A stretch of 64,000 bases of DNA from Pocillopora damicornis (lineage: Eukaryota), in the NCBI RefSeq assembly GCF_003704095.1, contig NW_020845694.1, positions 434,001 to 498,000 on the forward strand, given 5' to 3'. The position numbers and the translations under genes were made by a program. Below are positions 22,752-35,985 of the stretch, piece after piece; position 1 is the first letter of the stretch; every line of letters begins with the position of its first letter. A model generated the notes under the pieces. It did no database searches. It had not been told where the DNA came from and saw only the letters and a list, made by a program, of their open reading frames with translations.

Positions 22752-25700
22752 TTTTAATTTTTCCTATTTTTCTCCTTCTTTCTTTCTTTTTTTTTTTCTG
22801 TAAGGAAGCAAAAGCCGTTTACAAAAGATCACATTGTTTCCTAACTTTTTCAAAAATAAACGTGCCGGTTGTCAGATAGTCAGATATTTCGATTAGGCGC
22901 AAACTCACTTCCACTGACTTCGCTGATTATCAAGATTTGACTTTACCGAACAATAATCCACTTGCGCATGTCCGACATTTAATGCTGTTTTTGTTGCTGC
23001 GTCATTCCTAAGAGGGAACTCGTGTCGTGGCCATCCTATGAGTTTCACCCACATAAGTAACTTTGACAGGAACATCTCACACGGAAAAAGTTATGTCCAC
23101 GTTCGAATTAACGCGCAGCAATCATCATGATTCTTAATAACGTGTCGCTGAGAAGCTGCACCAGCTATTGACGTATTTAATTAAGTAGAAACCGAGCGAC
23201 AAAAATACAAAAAATTTGTCCCAAAGCTGGAAGCTATTATTGGGTAAAAACGAAGTTGTCATATTTAAAAATCAACAGTCATGGTGATGTGTTTGCCTTC
23301 ATGACGTAAAGTTTGCTGAAGAAGACTGATGAAAGCCCTTTCGAATATAGTCTCTAAACAAGACCAGCGAGGGTTCATATCGAATCACTATTCATCGCAA
23401 TTTTGTATTTAAATTTAGAATACTACTAGTCATTCATAATTTTCACCCAACTCAATTGCCAAAGATAATAATCTCAACTATTCTATAATTTGTCTCCTAG
23501 GGTCTGTTGTCACTAATAGAATAGGTTTTGTTTTCGTCCGTAGACATTCATAGCCATTTTCGTGATATGAATAATTTCATCCATTCTGAGTAAGCATTAA
23601 CATAACGTTCGTAAAGTTTTCCTGCTCTATGATTAAATTTTTTAAGTGGGTGTTTTTGAAAGAGCGTTCCCTTCACTGTTAATAACAGCAATTGTTAGTT
23701 TCCGGCTCACAATGTCAAAAAGAAAGTGTCCATATCTCTTACCTCTTTGAGTTCAAAATAAATTGGGAATGAATTAATAATTTCATTAATGAAAAAGGTT
23801 AGTAAATTTTTTAATTGCACGTCCCTGAATTGTTCCAATTTGAACGGCGATGATTTTCAATTTTCAGTTCCCACCGTGTCATTTTGAATGTATTCTTATT
23901 AAGCAAACTAAACTGTCAAATGCATTTATTCAGGTGTCCTACTGTTGAATGAAGCGCGTACTTATGANNNNNNNNNNNNNNNNNNNNNNNNNNNNNNNNN
24001 NNNNNNNNNNNNNNNNNNNNNNNNNNNNNNNNNNNNNNNNNNNNNNNNNNNNNNNNNNNNNNNNNNNAATGCTACGATTATATCAAAGTACACCAGAACA
24101 GTCTCTCCACAGCAATGGAGTATTTATATTCCAACAATGAGCCAAATGCACTATGCAGAAGTAAAGAAACAGAGTCGAATATTGACTCAGCGGAATACTT
24201 TGAATTCAATGTCTCTTCATCTTCTCGACCATAAAAGACTGAGGGCTCTTACATTCAAAAATTTTTGCAACGTTGCAAGTGAAACGTCACACAAAAGAGG
24301 AAATCCTAAACATGCGCAATACTTTCTTTAGCAACAGAATGTCTTCAGCAACAGAACAAATTTAGAACAGAATTCGAAAGCATGGTAGAAAACAAAAGTA
24401 AACAAATGTTTGTCGAACTTTTAAGCCTCCACGACCATGTGCATTAGTTTATAAATGAATGAGTTGCCAGTAATCGGATCCTTGCGTTTGCGCACAGATT
24501 TCTGGGATCGCCTTGGGGCAAACATTGTTACTCGCTAGAAAGGAATGTATGGCGAAAGGTTATTTGGACGTTCAAAAAAGAGATTTTGCCGAGAGATTAC
24601 GGATTTTTCGCTGCAGTTTTGTCATTAATGGATAAAGATAATGTTGATACGAGGGAAGTACAAGTTTTTGTTCGAATTACCACGAAATATATTATGAAAA
24701 ATACTGAAAAACTTCTTTCCTTGCGTAAGGTCTATTGTGAATCGTCATTGCGCAATGGTCTCGAAATATTACAAAATTAGCCATAAATCGCCAGGAAATA
24801 ACTCATTTAAGTCTTTCAGTTGTATTTATATAGGTACAGTCTGTTTTCGCACTTTTTAACGTATTTAATAAACAAATTACGACGTTTGAAAATATAACTC
24901 CTCAAAGGAGAGAAGTCGTCGTCAGCGGAGATGGATATTATTTTTATCGAGCTGTTTCTCTTTGAAAGGATAAAATAAGCGATGAAAAATATGAGGACAT
25001 CCCTAGGTCAAGCGATAGTTTGTGTGAAAAAAACCCGGAAGTCTTTGAGCTGCAACTTTTCTTCTCGAACTCCTTGAAGGATCTTGTCGGGAAAGAAAGA
25101 TCACGGGAACTTAGGGAGAAACTAATCGGTAGATTTTACTACATATTTCATGGTTTTTCACACAAACTTACACTTCCCTTGTATCAGCATTACCCAAATT
25201 CATTTCTAATAAAAGAGCGGTGAAAAAGCGATAATCTCTCTAAACTCTTTTTTTTTTGGACGTCGGAACAACCTTTTGCCATACATTTCCTTCTAGCGAG
25301 TTGCAATGTTTGCCCCGTGGGGATCCCAGATTCCTGTGCGCAACACAAAAATCCGATTACTGGCAACTCATACATTGTGACTAAAATGTGACGCCTGAAA
25401 ATGCGCATGGTCTTGGGCCTAGTCTGTGGGCCCTAGTTTTCGAGGCCCCTTACCCATTGAGCTCTCGGGGTGCATCGACGTCACTCCAAGAGCTCCCCAT
25501 GGTGCGCTAACATTGGTTTTTTTTTCATTTATTGTAATTTGTGATAATCGTCATTAGCTTAAATTAATATTTTGCCGGCACGTATCGGAGGACTAGAGGT
25601 TAGTGCGAGGTGCACGGAGAGTATTGGGATTGCAGTTTGTAATTTGAGGTCTTCANNNNNNNNNNNNNNNNNNNNNNNNNNNNNNNNNNNNNNNNNNNNN

Positions 25701-25755
25701 NNNNNNNNNNNNNNNNNNNNNNNNNNNNNNNNNNNNNNNNNNNNNNNNNNNNNNN

Positions 25756-25805
25756 TACGGTGGCTAATTTACGTTTTCAACCCAGTTGTTAACACTAAAT
25801 TACCT
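25756..25805 (+). mobile_element. Short Penelope-like terminal fragment abutting a gap
   Basis: TACGGTGGCTAATTTACGTTTTCAACCCAGTTG is the same family as the 62239-62392 insertion. Confidence 0.45.
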
Positions 25806-28800
25806 GATGATAATGATAGTTTAAGATCCACGTTTGTTCTTGAATACGTCTAGGAGTCACGTGACCAGACTCCAGCGGTCACGTTCGCCGTTTGCCGTCC
25901 ACGTTTGAACTTCGGGCAAGGCAGTTTCAGTTAGTTGAACTCCCTTGACACTTTTTGTCTATCTGTTCAAAAGTTCTGGCGCATGTTCCATAAATTTATG
26001 TGAAGTGAAGTCTTTTGTTTATAACTATTCCTCTGGAACGCTATAGTAAACCAATTTTTCGGCCAGATTTTGTGTTTGAAAGAAAGGACCTCCATCCTTT
26101 GTGTAATTCAAGATGGCTGTGCTCATGTTGATTTTTTTTCAGGTGAAATCCGACGTCGATCTAAAAAGCTGAAAGTCTTGAAACTTCTAACCTCTAACCA
26201 CAAACCGCTGACCGCAGTTTGACGTTTGCAGTGAACACTCCAAATGTGGATCTAAAACTCTTTTATCAACTGCATATATGCGAATTACTTAAAGACTGTA
26301 ATATAGCATCCATAATGACGAATATAGATGTCTTGAAGGTGGAAGTTGATTGGATTCATATCTTGCAGTCCCGAGGTCGTCTACATGGATGGAGTTTATG
26401 ACTGTAATTTACCCGGCAGATTATGACACTGGAAAACCGCAGCCGGTGTCTTTGTTGTGAGAAAAATTATTATTACGTGCCGCACTCACTAATATCACCA
26501 TCCGTAGTCATCATTTTGCATCATCATTGTTGTCATCATCAATATCATGATTATTGACAGGAACGACAGCTATCATTGAGTCTAATTGTCCTCCGAATAT
26601 CAATATCAAGTTGGTTATAAAGTGCGACAGAACTTATGCCTGCATGTAGGAGTAATTGGCTATGGCAAAGCCACGTAAGACGTCGAAATGAGTCAGTGAG
26701 GCGAAGTAACAATAGAATGCCGAACTTCACACGATTTTGACCCGATGTTAATAGTCGCTCGTTTCGTATTATCTTCATACTTCGACATTCGCATTGGGCG
26801 CGTCATACACTAAATGGAGAAGAATGCCTTTTGAAGCAAATTATTATGTGTCTGACGAGACCCAAGATATAATTTTTCAGGTCTTGTCGTTGCACTTCAG
26901 AAGACGATACACATCTCACCCTTACTTCACGATGGCCTCTTGCCGGCGGGTGATTGAAAAAAAAACTTTTCCCTGTAGAAATATCTTAATTGCTAGGTGT
27001 GATCGGTGCATCATGAAAAATTAGAAGGAAACTTTTTTCTTTGAAGCGAGAACATTTGCCGTTTGAAGCAAGGAATTATGCCTAGCAGATCCGAGAATAT
27101 TATTATTTCAGTTTTCGCCGTGAAAATATACAAAATGCGATAACTGATCTGGAAATAATTTCACGGTAGCGTTTCGCCAACGCGCAATTTAAACCAAGCT
27201 ATTCCTTACAAATATATCTCAAAAGGTGTCTGCAAATCATGGAAACTTTCAGGGAATTCCTTTTTTTGTAAACGTTCGAATAAGTTTTTTTTTTGACGGA
27301 TGAAACTTATGACCTTATAAATGCGGTTATTTAAATAATTTAAACTTCCCCAAATTGCATAAATTTTACGTCGTAAGCATTTCCTACTTCTAGTTAAGCC
27401 TGTGACCAAACGCTAGCCACCTTCATACAATCTCAAAAAAAAAATGCCTCTATTCAAAATGTTTCTCATGATTGCTACAGAGGAGTTCTTTCGAACTTCT
27501 TGAGAGCAGTATATGCTTGTTAGGAATCTCAATCGATTTCAAACTAGAACTGCCCAGCACAGTAGTGCCTTTTTATAAGTTCTTAGCCAACGAATTGCAT
27601 TGAATTTCTAAAAAGGAGGCTTATGTTGCCAATACTACTAAATTATCTATGACTTTATCATTGACTATTTCCTATTCCGCATTCTTTTCTTTTCCAAAAA
27701 AAACTATGGAAGACCAAACTTACTCAAGTGGCTATTTTCTACCGTGGCAGGTCTCATCGGGAAAAGAATTTGAGAGGCGTATACTCGTGATTTTTTAGAA
27801 GTTTGCATACGCTCCACTATGATTCGCCCCTAAAATGGCCGGACAAGGCTTGAATATCTCCAGTGAACTTTGTCAGTTTAAGCAACGTCAGTGATGGTGT
27901 CGGACACAGGTACCTCTATCTGATTGCGGAGGCGAAAGCTATCTTGTTTTATTCTAGTTGTCTATTGCGTAACGAGAAATAGAGTCAAGCGGAGGTTAAT
28001 CCTGGCGGCTAGTTCAAAGTTGCAGAAGGCTTCTGCAACGATGTTGATCGAAAATTTGAATACTACTTATTGTATTAATGAATTCAAAGTGACCAATTTC
28101 AAGAAGACGCCAACTCGCTTTGAGCAAAATTTTGCGCACACTCTCAATTTCGCATCATCAAAACTAAAAGGATGAGTAAAACTTCAGAATCTAGGCTTTC
28201 ATTTGATATAAGTTTGATTAGGTTTGATTACGAATTGTGTTTGTGAGGACAAAACTTGTCGTTAGTACCTATAGACGGCCGAACCTCACGATATCACGAA
28301 AAAGATTTATCAACAGTAAAAGAACTATTAAATGAAAAAAAAAAGCGTCGTACAAGAGCGAAGTAAGACAAAACTTATTACGCAAGAAAGCTGTTAAATT
28401 TCTATTTGCTAATCACACAAAACAGACGCTAAATCGACGTCATAAATTACTGTACTGTCACGTCCACATTCTTTGTGCGGCTTTTCAACAAAGAAAGGAC
28501 GCTAAATCCGTTTCTGTAAACTTCGCAAAATACTGCTACTTCTACGCCTTTATTTGATTTAAGTTTCATACGATTTCATAAACATCGACGAAAATCACTA
28601 AGCGAATATCACTCGGCGAAAATCCCTCTGGGTTCGCTCTACGCAAACTTATCACAATCTTCTTCAATGCACTGCTTCATCTTAGCTTTCAATTAATGCA
28701 AGTTTCATACGACAGGCTAAACATAACGAAAAAGTCAATCGCCACCGAAGGCGATTTGACTTTCAGTGGTGGCGAGTTTGTTGTGGTGGCAAATTGACCG

Positions 28801-31800
28801 GATACCGTTAAAAAAATCGTTGAAAAAAAGTTTTGATCGCTGTCAGCGCGCTGCGAACTATGAGAGTAAGAGACTCCCAAAGTTCCGCACTGCAGGGTGC
28901 GCGAACATCAATTTTTTTGACACAGACTTGTTTATTACTCGCCCGACGGAATTCGCGTGAAAGGAGAGACTGTTTCCCTTTAGAGTTCGAGTCAGCGAAG
29001 TTCTACAACATGTTTCTCCGCGGTTTAGCCCGGTGAGAATGTCGGGCGTGAGTGAAAATGCTTTTTATTCTTGGTTTCGATTTGGTTGTTCTTATCAAGT
29101 TATTTACATCGGGGTCAATTTCAACCACGATGCTCTTGAAATATATGCGCGTACATGGTGGTGTTGTAGTAAAGGGTGAAGACAACATACCCGCAACAAA
29201 ATTTGTTAAATTAGCTCACATTCTTCTTAACGAAGTTCTATGTGGGGTAGCAAGCACAGCTCTGTAAGATAATCGATCAAATCTCCTGCAGATTTGCAGG
29301 TTGTGTATTCAATATTTTAAGTTGCATGAGATAACTCGGCGGTTGACCCGTTTTCGTGCATTTTTTCGTGAGTGATCTTTAGTGTTGTTATCCTCGAGTC
29401 ACCAGGCGTAACCTATAAAAAAATGGACAGGAGATCAATGTTTGCTAGTGCTTATGCAGGACATGCCTACATGTGACCTTATTTTGTACAGGTGAAAAGG
29501 TATGAAAACAATGGAGATCGTCTGTGTTGCTCTCTCGTCGACTTTCAAATAAGTTTTCTCTTCGCTGTATGCATGCGAATAATTTTGAATAATCTAACCA
29601 ACACAAAAAATGTCCCTTACAACTAACTTATTTATCTAACTACGCTTAGCAAGGTAACTATTAAAGGGGCGCACCTTCTTAAAAACTGAATCTACTGTGG
29701 ACTCGAGCTGAGTGCCCATGTTATATTGCAACTAGGTTTTACATGTAGTACTACCGCTGAGCGACCGATGCAAACTTCATGGGGAAGCATCACGCCATCG
29801 TAATAATATTAGGGCGAAGTTTCAGTCACCAATGATGCAAGCAACTGAAAACCAAGAAAGAACTTTCTTTTTTTTGTGGCCTCTGCCTCCTATGGGAGGC
29901 GTAGCCATATTTGTTTTCGGGATTAGTAAGTAGGTGAGTGAGTGAGTGTAACAATCGAATATTCCGATCTTGACCCAATTTTGACCCGGTGTTTCCCGTT
30001 GCTGATGATAAACATCTCAAAATAATTTCACAGTGGCATCCACCGATGCATAAAATAAAATCAAAACTTTTTCTTGCAGACATTTCTTAATAGATATGAC
30101 CTGCTCATCATGGGGGATTGAGGATTTTTTCTTTGGAAAAATAGCAATTTACTGTTTGAATCAACGACTTATGCCCAAATTGAGCCGCTACATTTACCTT
30201 GAGTTATTCAACAGATCTGATAGAACCGTGGAACGGTGGATGAGTGGATGGCGGAATATCGTAAGACGCGGAATGACGGAATATCTTAAAACGCGGAATG
30301 CCTTTTTGTATGAAAAAAAAAAAAGTCTACAAGAGTAGAACTGCAATAAAATAAGGAAATTATTGATAATAACCAAGTGAAATTAAAATTAGCATAGGTA
30401 ATCATTGTTAGAGCCCAGGCCCAGACCGGATTTGGGAACTATGAGGCTTTCGAGCAAGCCCCTCTAAACTGTTCTTATGCAAGGAATGATCATTGATTAT
30501 AAAGTGCGTTCGTGGGGACGAAATTTAGGTTCTGGAATTCTTAGATCTAGACTGATGAACCTTCCAGGAAGATGATGGATTTATGAGAGTAGCACTTTTA
30601 AATAAGCCACAATAGTCGTTATGGGAGAAGTGGAAAATACTGCTTACAACGATCAGTTGACTCAAGAGTCTCGCGTGGTTGTACGTGTCTGCTATTTTGC
30701 CAAGAGGGGCCCAAGCTCCTTATGCAGTCAGTTGGAGATTGGAGGTAACTAAGAATTGCTTTAACCCATCGACACCTGAGTGTAACGCGTGCATGTGCAA
30801 AAGTTAAATTTTGGAGAATCCGGGAATAGCAAGCACAGTGAGCGGTAAATTTTATATTTCTTCTTTTCCCAAAAACAAACTCCAGTTAAAGAAGACCATT
30901 TTGATAACTATTTTCAACGAAAAAAGCGATAGATGCATATCAAGTTTTTTTTCAGAACTCAAGATAAAAAATGAAAATCGCTTAATCTTGTACGTGCTTT
31001 GTTCCATTTCCTTCGGTTTGTCTAGTTACGTAATAACAGCGTGTGCTGTTTTGATTGACATTTGATTCGGAAAAGTACTTCCCACATGCACATGAAGGTT
31101 GAGGAGAGTCTTAAATATAGGAAATCTTGCTCGTTGGGAGGCCTTTGATTTGAGTCTGTGTTTCTGAGTCATCAAGATCTAGACAATCGCCTAGGTAATT
31201 TTGTTCTTTTACACATATAGCATTCTAGAAGGTTCCAGGAGCTTGCAGAATTACTATATTCATCATTATAGTATTATGGAATATTTCAGAAACTCTACAT
31301 CGTTCAATTAAAATGCTTCTTCATTCACATGGGATTACCAAGCTTCCTGGAACTTTCTAGAAACTCTCTATGTTAAGCTTCTCCCATGAAAAAAACTAAA
31401 GTAAATTTCTCAATTCATTCAACTTCGATATTGTAAAAATCCTTTTAATGGCCCATTTGTTGATTCAATATTTGTCTAAGGTAAATTGAAGACGAATTGA
31501 CATGGCTTCATTAATATACTCGGAGACAGCTGCCCGTCTTTCCAGATACTCGCAAGAATATCAATGGTTACTGAGTTTGAAGCAGTTTCATTTGTATTTT
31601 CAACACAGGTGAATGTGCTGCCTGGAAAATCTCGCAATTTAAAAAATGAGGACATAAGAAAGATTGCCATGCATGCAAAACCGAATGAAAGTTGATTGAA
31701 TGGGGCGAGTTTTCAAATGAAGATATATTAGAACAAGTATATTTGAAATTTGCGTTTAATATGGCGCCATTGAAAAAGCTCGTTAGCACCAATTGAACTA

Positions 31801-31992
31801 AACAGTTTAATTGTTTTTTCGCCGCCTAATTTTCTGAGACGGGGAGCTCAAGGCAGGAACAAATATACCTTCTGCATTGCTCATTGGCAAATGAGCCTAA
31901 AATTTGATGAATGCTAGAGTTTAATTTTCTGAAGCAGGAGCTATAGAAAAAGCTTAAAACTGGGGTGACTCCTCATAGACTTCTAGTTTGTC

Positions 31993-32967
31993 ATGACTGC
32001 GACCAACTTTACGTGCTTTTTCTTTTATACTGGATGGGAACAGGGCGAAAAAGAAACATTTGCAAGTGTTGTCTTATGCGTTTTGTGCGCTCTGCTCGCA
32101 TTGACTGCGATCTCGGGAAATGGTATTGTCATCTTTGTAATATGGAGCACACGGGAGCTACATTCGCCATCTTTGGTTTTGCTGCTGCTTTTGGCCGCGT
32201 CAGATTTTCTTGTCGGATTGGTTGGCCAGCCATTCTTCGTTGCTTTCAAGATTGCGGAGAGCCTCAGATATTTCAGCGCGTATTGTAACTTGCGACTGAT
32301 TCAGTTTTTTTCTGGGTGGATAACTTCTGGTGTGTCTTTTATTACACTTAGTGCCATCTCTGTCGACAGACTCCTCGCTTTAATCCTCCATTTGCGTTAC
32401 AAAAACATCATCACAGTACGACGTGTGATAATAGCAGTGATCGTTGTTTGGCTGGTTTGCTCCATTCTGACCATATTGAAATTTTGGGTGCAAAACTGGA
32501 TCATTATCGCAGTTTGTACTAATTTATCGGCTGCTGTAGTAATTGCGTTTTGTACTGGTAAAATTTTTCGAATTGCGCGAAGACACGAGCGGCGCATTAA
32601 GGAACAGAACGTTGCATTAACACTTAACCCGTCCTTGGCGGGGGACTTTAACGTACGTAAATGTAAAAAGTCTGCCATGACAGTAATTTATATTTTCGGC
32701 TTGATGTTGATGTTATATATTCCTTTCCTTGCCGTTATGGCTGTGGAAATTATCAAAGGAAAAACAAATTTAGTTAAAGTCGCTTACGAGTGGGCTTCGT
32801 TGATCGTTTTCATAAACTCGTCCGTCAATCCCGTTATCTACTGCTGGAGAATGAAACAAATACGAAACGGCATTAAAAGGTTTTTCGGGAGATTAATTTG
32901 CCCAAGAATTGCATCATCTTGCTGTATTCAGCTTGTTGGTTTGGCGGCCGGTTCTGAAAGATCTTAA
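31993..32967 (+). CDS. Single-exon orphan class A GPCR, 324 aa
   Basis: 7TM; GNGIV, LAASD, SVDRL, LYIP, NPVIY; closest to the 19686 receptor. Confidence 0.95.
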   Translation: MTATNFTCFFFYTGWEQGEKETFASVVLCVLCALLALTAISGNGIVIFVIWSTRELHSPSLVLLLLLAASDFLVGLVGQPFFVAFKIAESLRYFSAYCNLRLIQFFSGWITSGVSFITLSAISVDRLLALILHLRYKNIITVRRVIIAVIVVWLVCSILTILKFWVQNWIIIAVCTNLSAAVVIAFCTGKIFRIARRHERRIKEQNVALTLNPSLAGDFNVRKCKKSAMTVIYIFGLMLMLYIPFLAVMAVEIIKGKTNLVKVAYEWASLIVFINSSVNPVIYCWRMKQIRNGIKRFFGRLICPRIASSCCIQLVGLAAGSERS

Positions 32968-33497
32968 AATTTTCGTAAAATTGAAAGTAGTTTCCCTTTG
33001 CTTTCTATTTAACTGAGTAAGAGTTAGAGATTTGTCACGTCGAAAACTGCTTATGGCATTTTGGAAATAGTTTCCTATTGGAGAGTATGGATTTACAGCT
33101 TATTTACAGCAATATTTCGCAGTTTCCCTGACTTTTTTCGTACTATACTATGATTAAATAAAAGATGTATGTGCAAAATGAATAAATAAGTGTGTAAATA
33201 AATAACTGATAAAAAAAAAAATATGTGATATTATCGTTGAGATCTGTTTTGCATTGATACTCAAAATTACTTTCGGTTTCTTTGCTACCCTCTCAGTTGA
33301 GCAATTGGAGCTCATAACAGATCATTCTTTATTATTACTTTTTCTCTACTTTCAGAACATCGATCGTCACAGATATCGTTGGCACATTAGCACATCTGGG
33401 AAGTCAAGGAAAAGCCATTACTTCCCCACAACAAAATGGCACAGTTATCTTTTATAGACTAGAGGTCCATTCGGGTTACCAGCAGCATGCCAGAAAT

Positions 33498-33952
33498 CAG
33501 GCCCTGTTTGTTCGATGGGCGAATAACTCTATCCAACGGATAAATCGCTATCCAGCGGATAAGTGTTTCACAAAACATACTGTGCTATTTAACGGATAGT
33601 GATTTATCCAGTGCATAGCGTTATCCACCCTTCGGGGCCAGGATGAAAATAAAAAACGTTGTTTGTTTACAAGAAGACGCCATTCACTATGATTTCAAAC
33701 TGTCAGTTCGAAGAACTGAGAAATACAATAAGTATCAGCCTTGATTAGTTTTGTGACTGAATTTTATCGATTCCCCTCTTGTGCTATAACATATCACTAA
33801 TCAGGTCCCGGTTGTTCGAAGGTCGGGAAACGCTATCTGCAGGATAATATCTATCCGGTGGATAACGCTGTACGGTTTGCCATCACTCATCCGCTGGATA
33901 GCGATTCATTATCCTCCGGATAGCATTCTGCGCCCTTTATACAACTGGATCC
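33498..33952. repeat. Two copies of a TATCC/GGATA-rich MITE-like element (33498-33642 and 33801-33952)
   Basis: Both start CAGG(C/T)CC..TTGTTCGA and contain repeated CTATCC...GGATAA palindromic units. Confidence 0.7.
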
Positions 33953-34721
33953 AGATCTTTATATATTTGGAAATTTTGTTCTTTGATAAACTTAAAAGAA
34001 GCAAGCGGTCTTTGAATTTATTTAATGTTGACATTGCAAAGTTTCAAGTTTTTATCAGGCAGAAAAAAGGGAATAACTACCAAAGACCAACACTCTCAGA
34101 CATGTGCCCTTATTTGCCCATATACTAATAACAAAAAAATATATTTATCCGTTTTCATATTGCCTTATCTTCTTCATCTTGCGAAAGCCCCAGAATCTTT
34201 TTGATGTTTAGGAAAGGCTTAATAGGACCTCTGGCAATGAATCAGATATTCAAACAGTCGATTGGAACTGATTAAATTGGACGAAATTTACGAAAAAACA
34301 TGTCGCTCAAATTTTTATGTGGCATCGACGAAAGCCCGTCTGTGAATATTAATATCTATTGTATTTGCAGGTGCATAGTGTACTGAGGCGCCTAATGTGA
34401 CTTGCATAAGTAGAGTTACTTTTTAATTTGTAACATTTCTTTAAGTGGCCAGAAATTTTGATTACCCAAGCATGTAATTTGACTCACAAAAGGCCACTTC
34501 AAAAACCTTTCACACTTCGTGCAAAGTGGTACTGAATGGTCAACAAGTCTATATCGGCTGTGAGTAAAACCAACTTGACATGTTTTTCTTTGAATTTAAA
34601 GGCAATTTTGACGGACTAGAAATAACTGGATGTTTCGTTTTATATATGTGATTTGTACGCTCTGGTTACATTGACTGCAATATTAGGAAAAGGCATTGTT
34701 GTGTTAATTATATGGAGCTTC

Positions 34722-34982
34722 ACACGGTGCCCTCTTTCTCTCCAACCGACATCTCGCTGTAATTCTAAAATTTTCATTGAATATATTGTAACTCGTGAAC
34801 GTGCGGTTGGGAATCTCTCTGCGATAGAGGGCCAGACTGCTGACACCTTGAATTCACAAACGGGACTTTGAGCGCGCTGTCGACGAGTTCGCTTGATATT
34901 CACGAAAAGTATCTGATGAGTCTCTAGGCCGAGTCGAAACGCCGCGTCATACCAATCACTAAGTATTTTTTCACAAATTCTC
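34722..34982 (+). mobile_element. Retrozyme-like ~260-nt non-coding element
   Basis: Non-GPCR sequence replacing TM2-TM3; self-complementary (GCCCTCT 34729 / AGAGGGC 34826; CCAACCG 34742 / CGGTTGG 34804) and contains a hammerhead core. Confidence 0.65.
34909..34952 (+). ncRNA. Type I hammerhead ribozyme
   Basis: GTAT-CTGATGA-GTCTC TAGGCC GAGTC-GAA-ACGC C GCGT-C-ATAC: complete conserved core, stems I/II/III, GUC cleavage triplet ending at C34948; one U-U mismatch in stem II. Confidence 0.8.
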
Positions 34983-35364
34983 TTCAGACAATACAAAAAC
35001 GTCATTACAGTTCGACGTGTGGTTACTACATTGATAGCAATTTGGCTGGTTGCTCAATCGCAACTTTATTTAAGTTTTGGGTGCGAAACTGAATCATTAT
35101 CGGTGTTTTTTGTTCATTAATCGGCAACTAAAACACCTGCGTTTTGCTCAGATAAAGTTTTTCATATCGCTTGCACGCACGAGCGTCAAATCAACAGACA
35201 GAATCATGGAATAAAAAGTAAGTTAGAAAGGAGGGCAGTAGAGTAGATAAAGGTAAAAGCTGATATCATTTTGACTTCAGTTTGGATTCCCAGATTCATT
35301 GCAAAGTTTTGAGGTGCACTTGTACTAATTACTAAATGTACTTAAGTTAATGAGTCAATCGTTA

Positions 35365-35722
35365 AACTCATACGAACGAATAACAAAATCGGACGGCCGC
35401 GTAGCGGGTGTCCAATTTAATAAATACGACTATAATAACAGACAGAATTGGACGACAAGAAGTCCTTTTATCAATTAATCCGGCTCAACTATGACAAAAT
35501 TTGATAAATCAAACAGGTGATACGTTTTCATGAAACTGAGCAACAGATAACTCGGCAAAATGCACAACAACAGCGCAGGTACTGTCCACTGACATAGGCA
35601 TGACGTGTCAACTATCCTATGACACTGTCCAATTACAAGCATGACTCGTACATTGTCCTCTTGGTGCTCAAATCGAACTGGTGATAACCGAGCACGTTCG
35701 AGAATTTTGTGATTGTTTTGAT
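35365..35722. repeat. Interspersed repeat adjoining the LINE fragment
   Basis: AATAACAAAATCGGACGGCCGCGTAGCGG...CAGAATTGGACGACA...GTGATAACC motif series typical of coral repeats (recognition only). Confidence 0.45.
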
Positions 35723-35737
35723 TTGTTATGGAACTGT

Positions 35738-35985
35738 TTGCAGCATCTGAAGAAAACCGCCACTGGACCGGACCTCATACCGTTCTGGGTGTGGAGAGAC
35801 CACGCGGAAATTTTTACACGTTTAATGTGCGGGATCTGGAACTTGTCCCTGACGTTCAGTACTTGGCCCTCATCGTAGAAAAGAGCTCACGTAACCCCCA
35901 TTCACAAGGTTGACGTTCCCAAGGGAAAGACAGACTACAGAGGAATCAACATCACCCATGTAATTGCACGCGCATTTGAGCAACT
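35738..35985 (+). mobile_element. Non-LTR retrotransposon (LINE, CR1/L2-like) reverse transcriptase fragment
   Basis: [26 protein letters not shown]...IWNLSL...[39 protein letters not shown] matches RT domain 0-2 motifs (GPD.IP, P..WK.A.V.P..K, YR.I) with an in-frame stop. Confidence 0.85.

Larger units (their letters stand above)
34560..35205 (+). pseudogene. Class A GPCR pseudogene (closest to 19686), interrupted by a ribozyme-bearing insertion
   Basis: GTG-start SKTNLTCF, ALVTLTAILGKGIVVLIIW, then a foreign insert at ~34722-34982, then YKNVITVRRVV...FWVRN*II...IACTHERQI; frameshifts, and TM6-7 are missing. Confidence 0.85.

Noticed and set aside
23320-23356. AGACTGATGAAAGCCCTTTCGAATATAGTCTCT as a minimal hammerhead
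   Set aside because: The core reads GAAT rather than GAAA and stems II and III do not pair convincingly; at most a dead relic.
26551-29270. Intergenic ORFs such as 26551-26778, 29003-29188 and 29052-29267 as genes
   Set aside because: No recognisable motifs or consistent splice structure; possibly old transposon debris.
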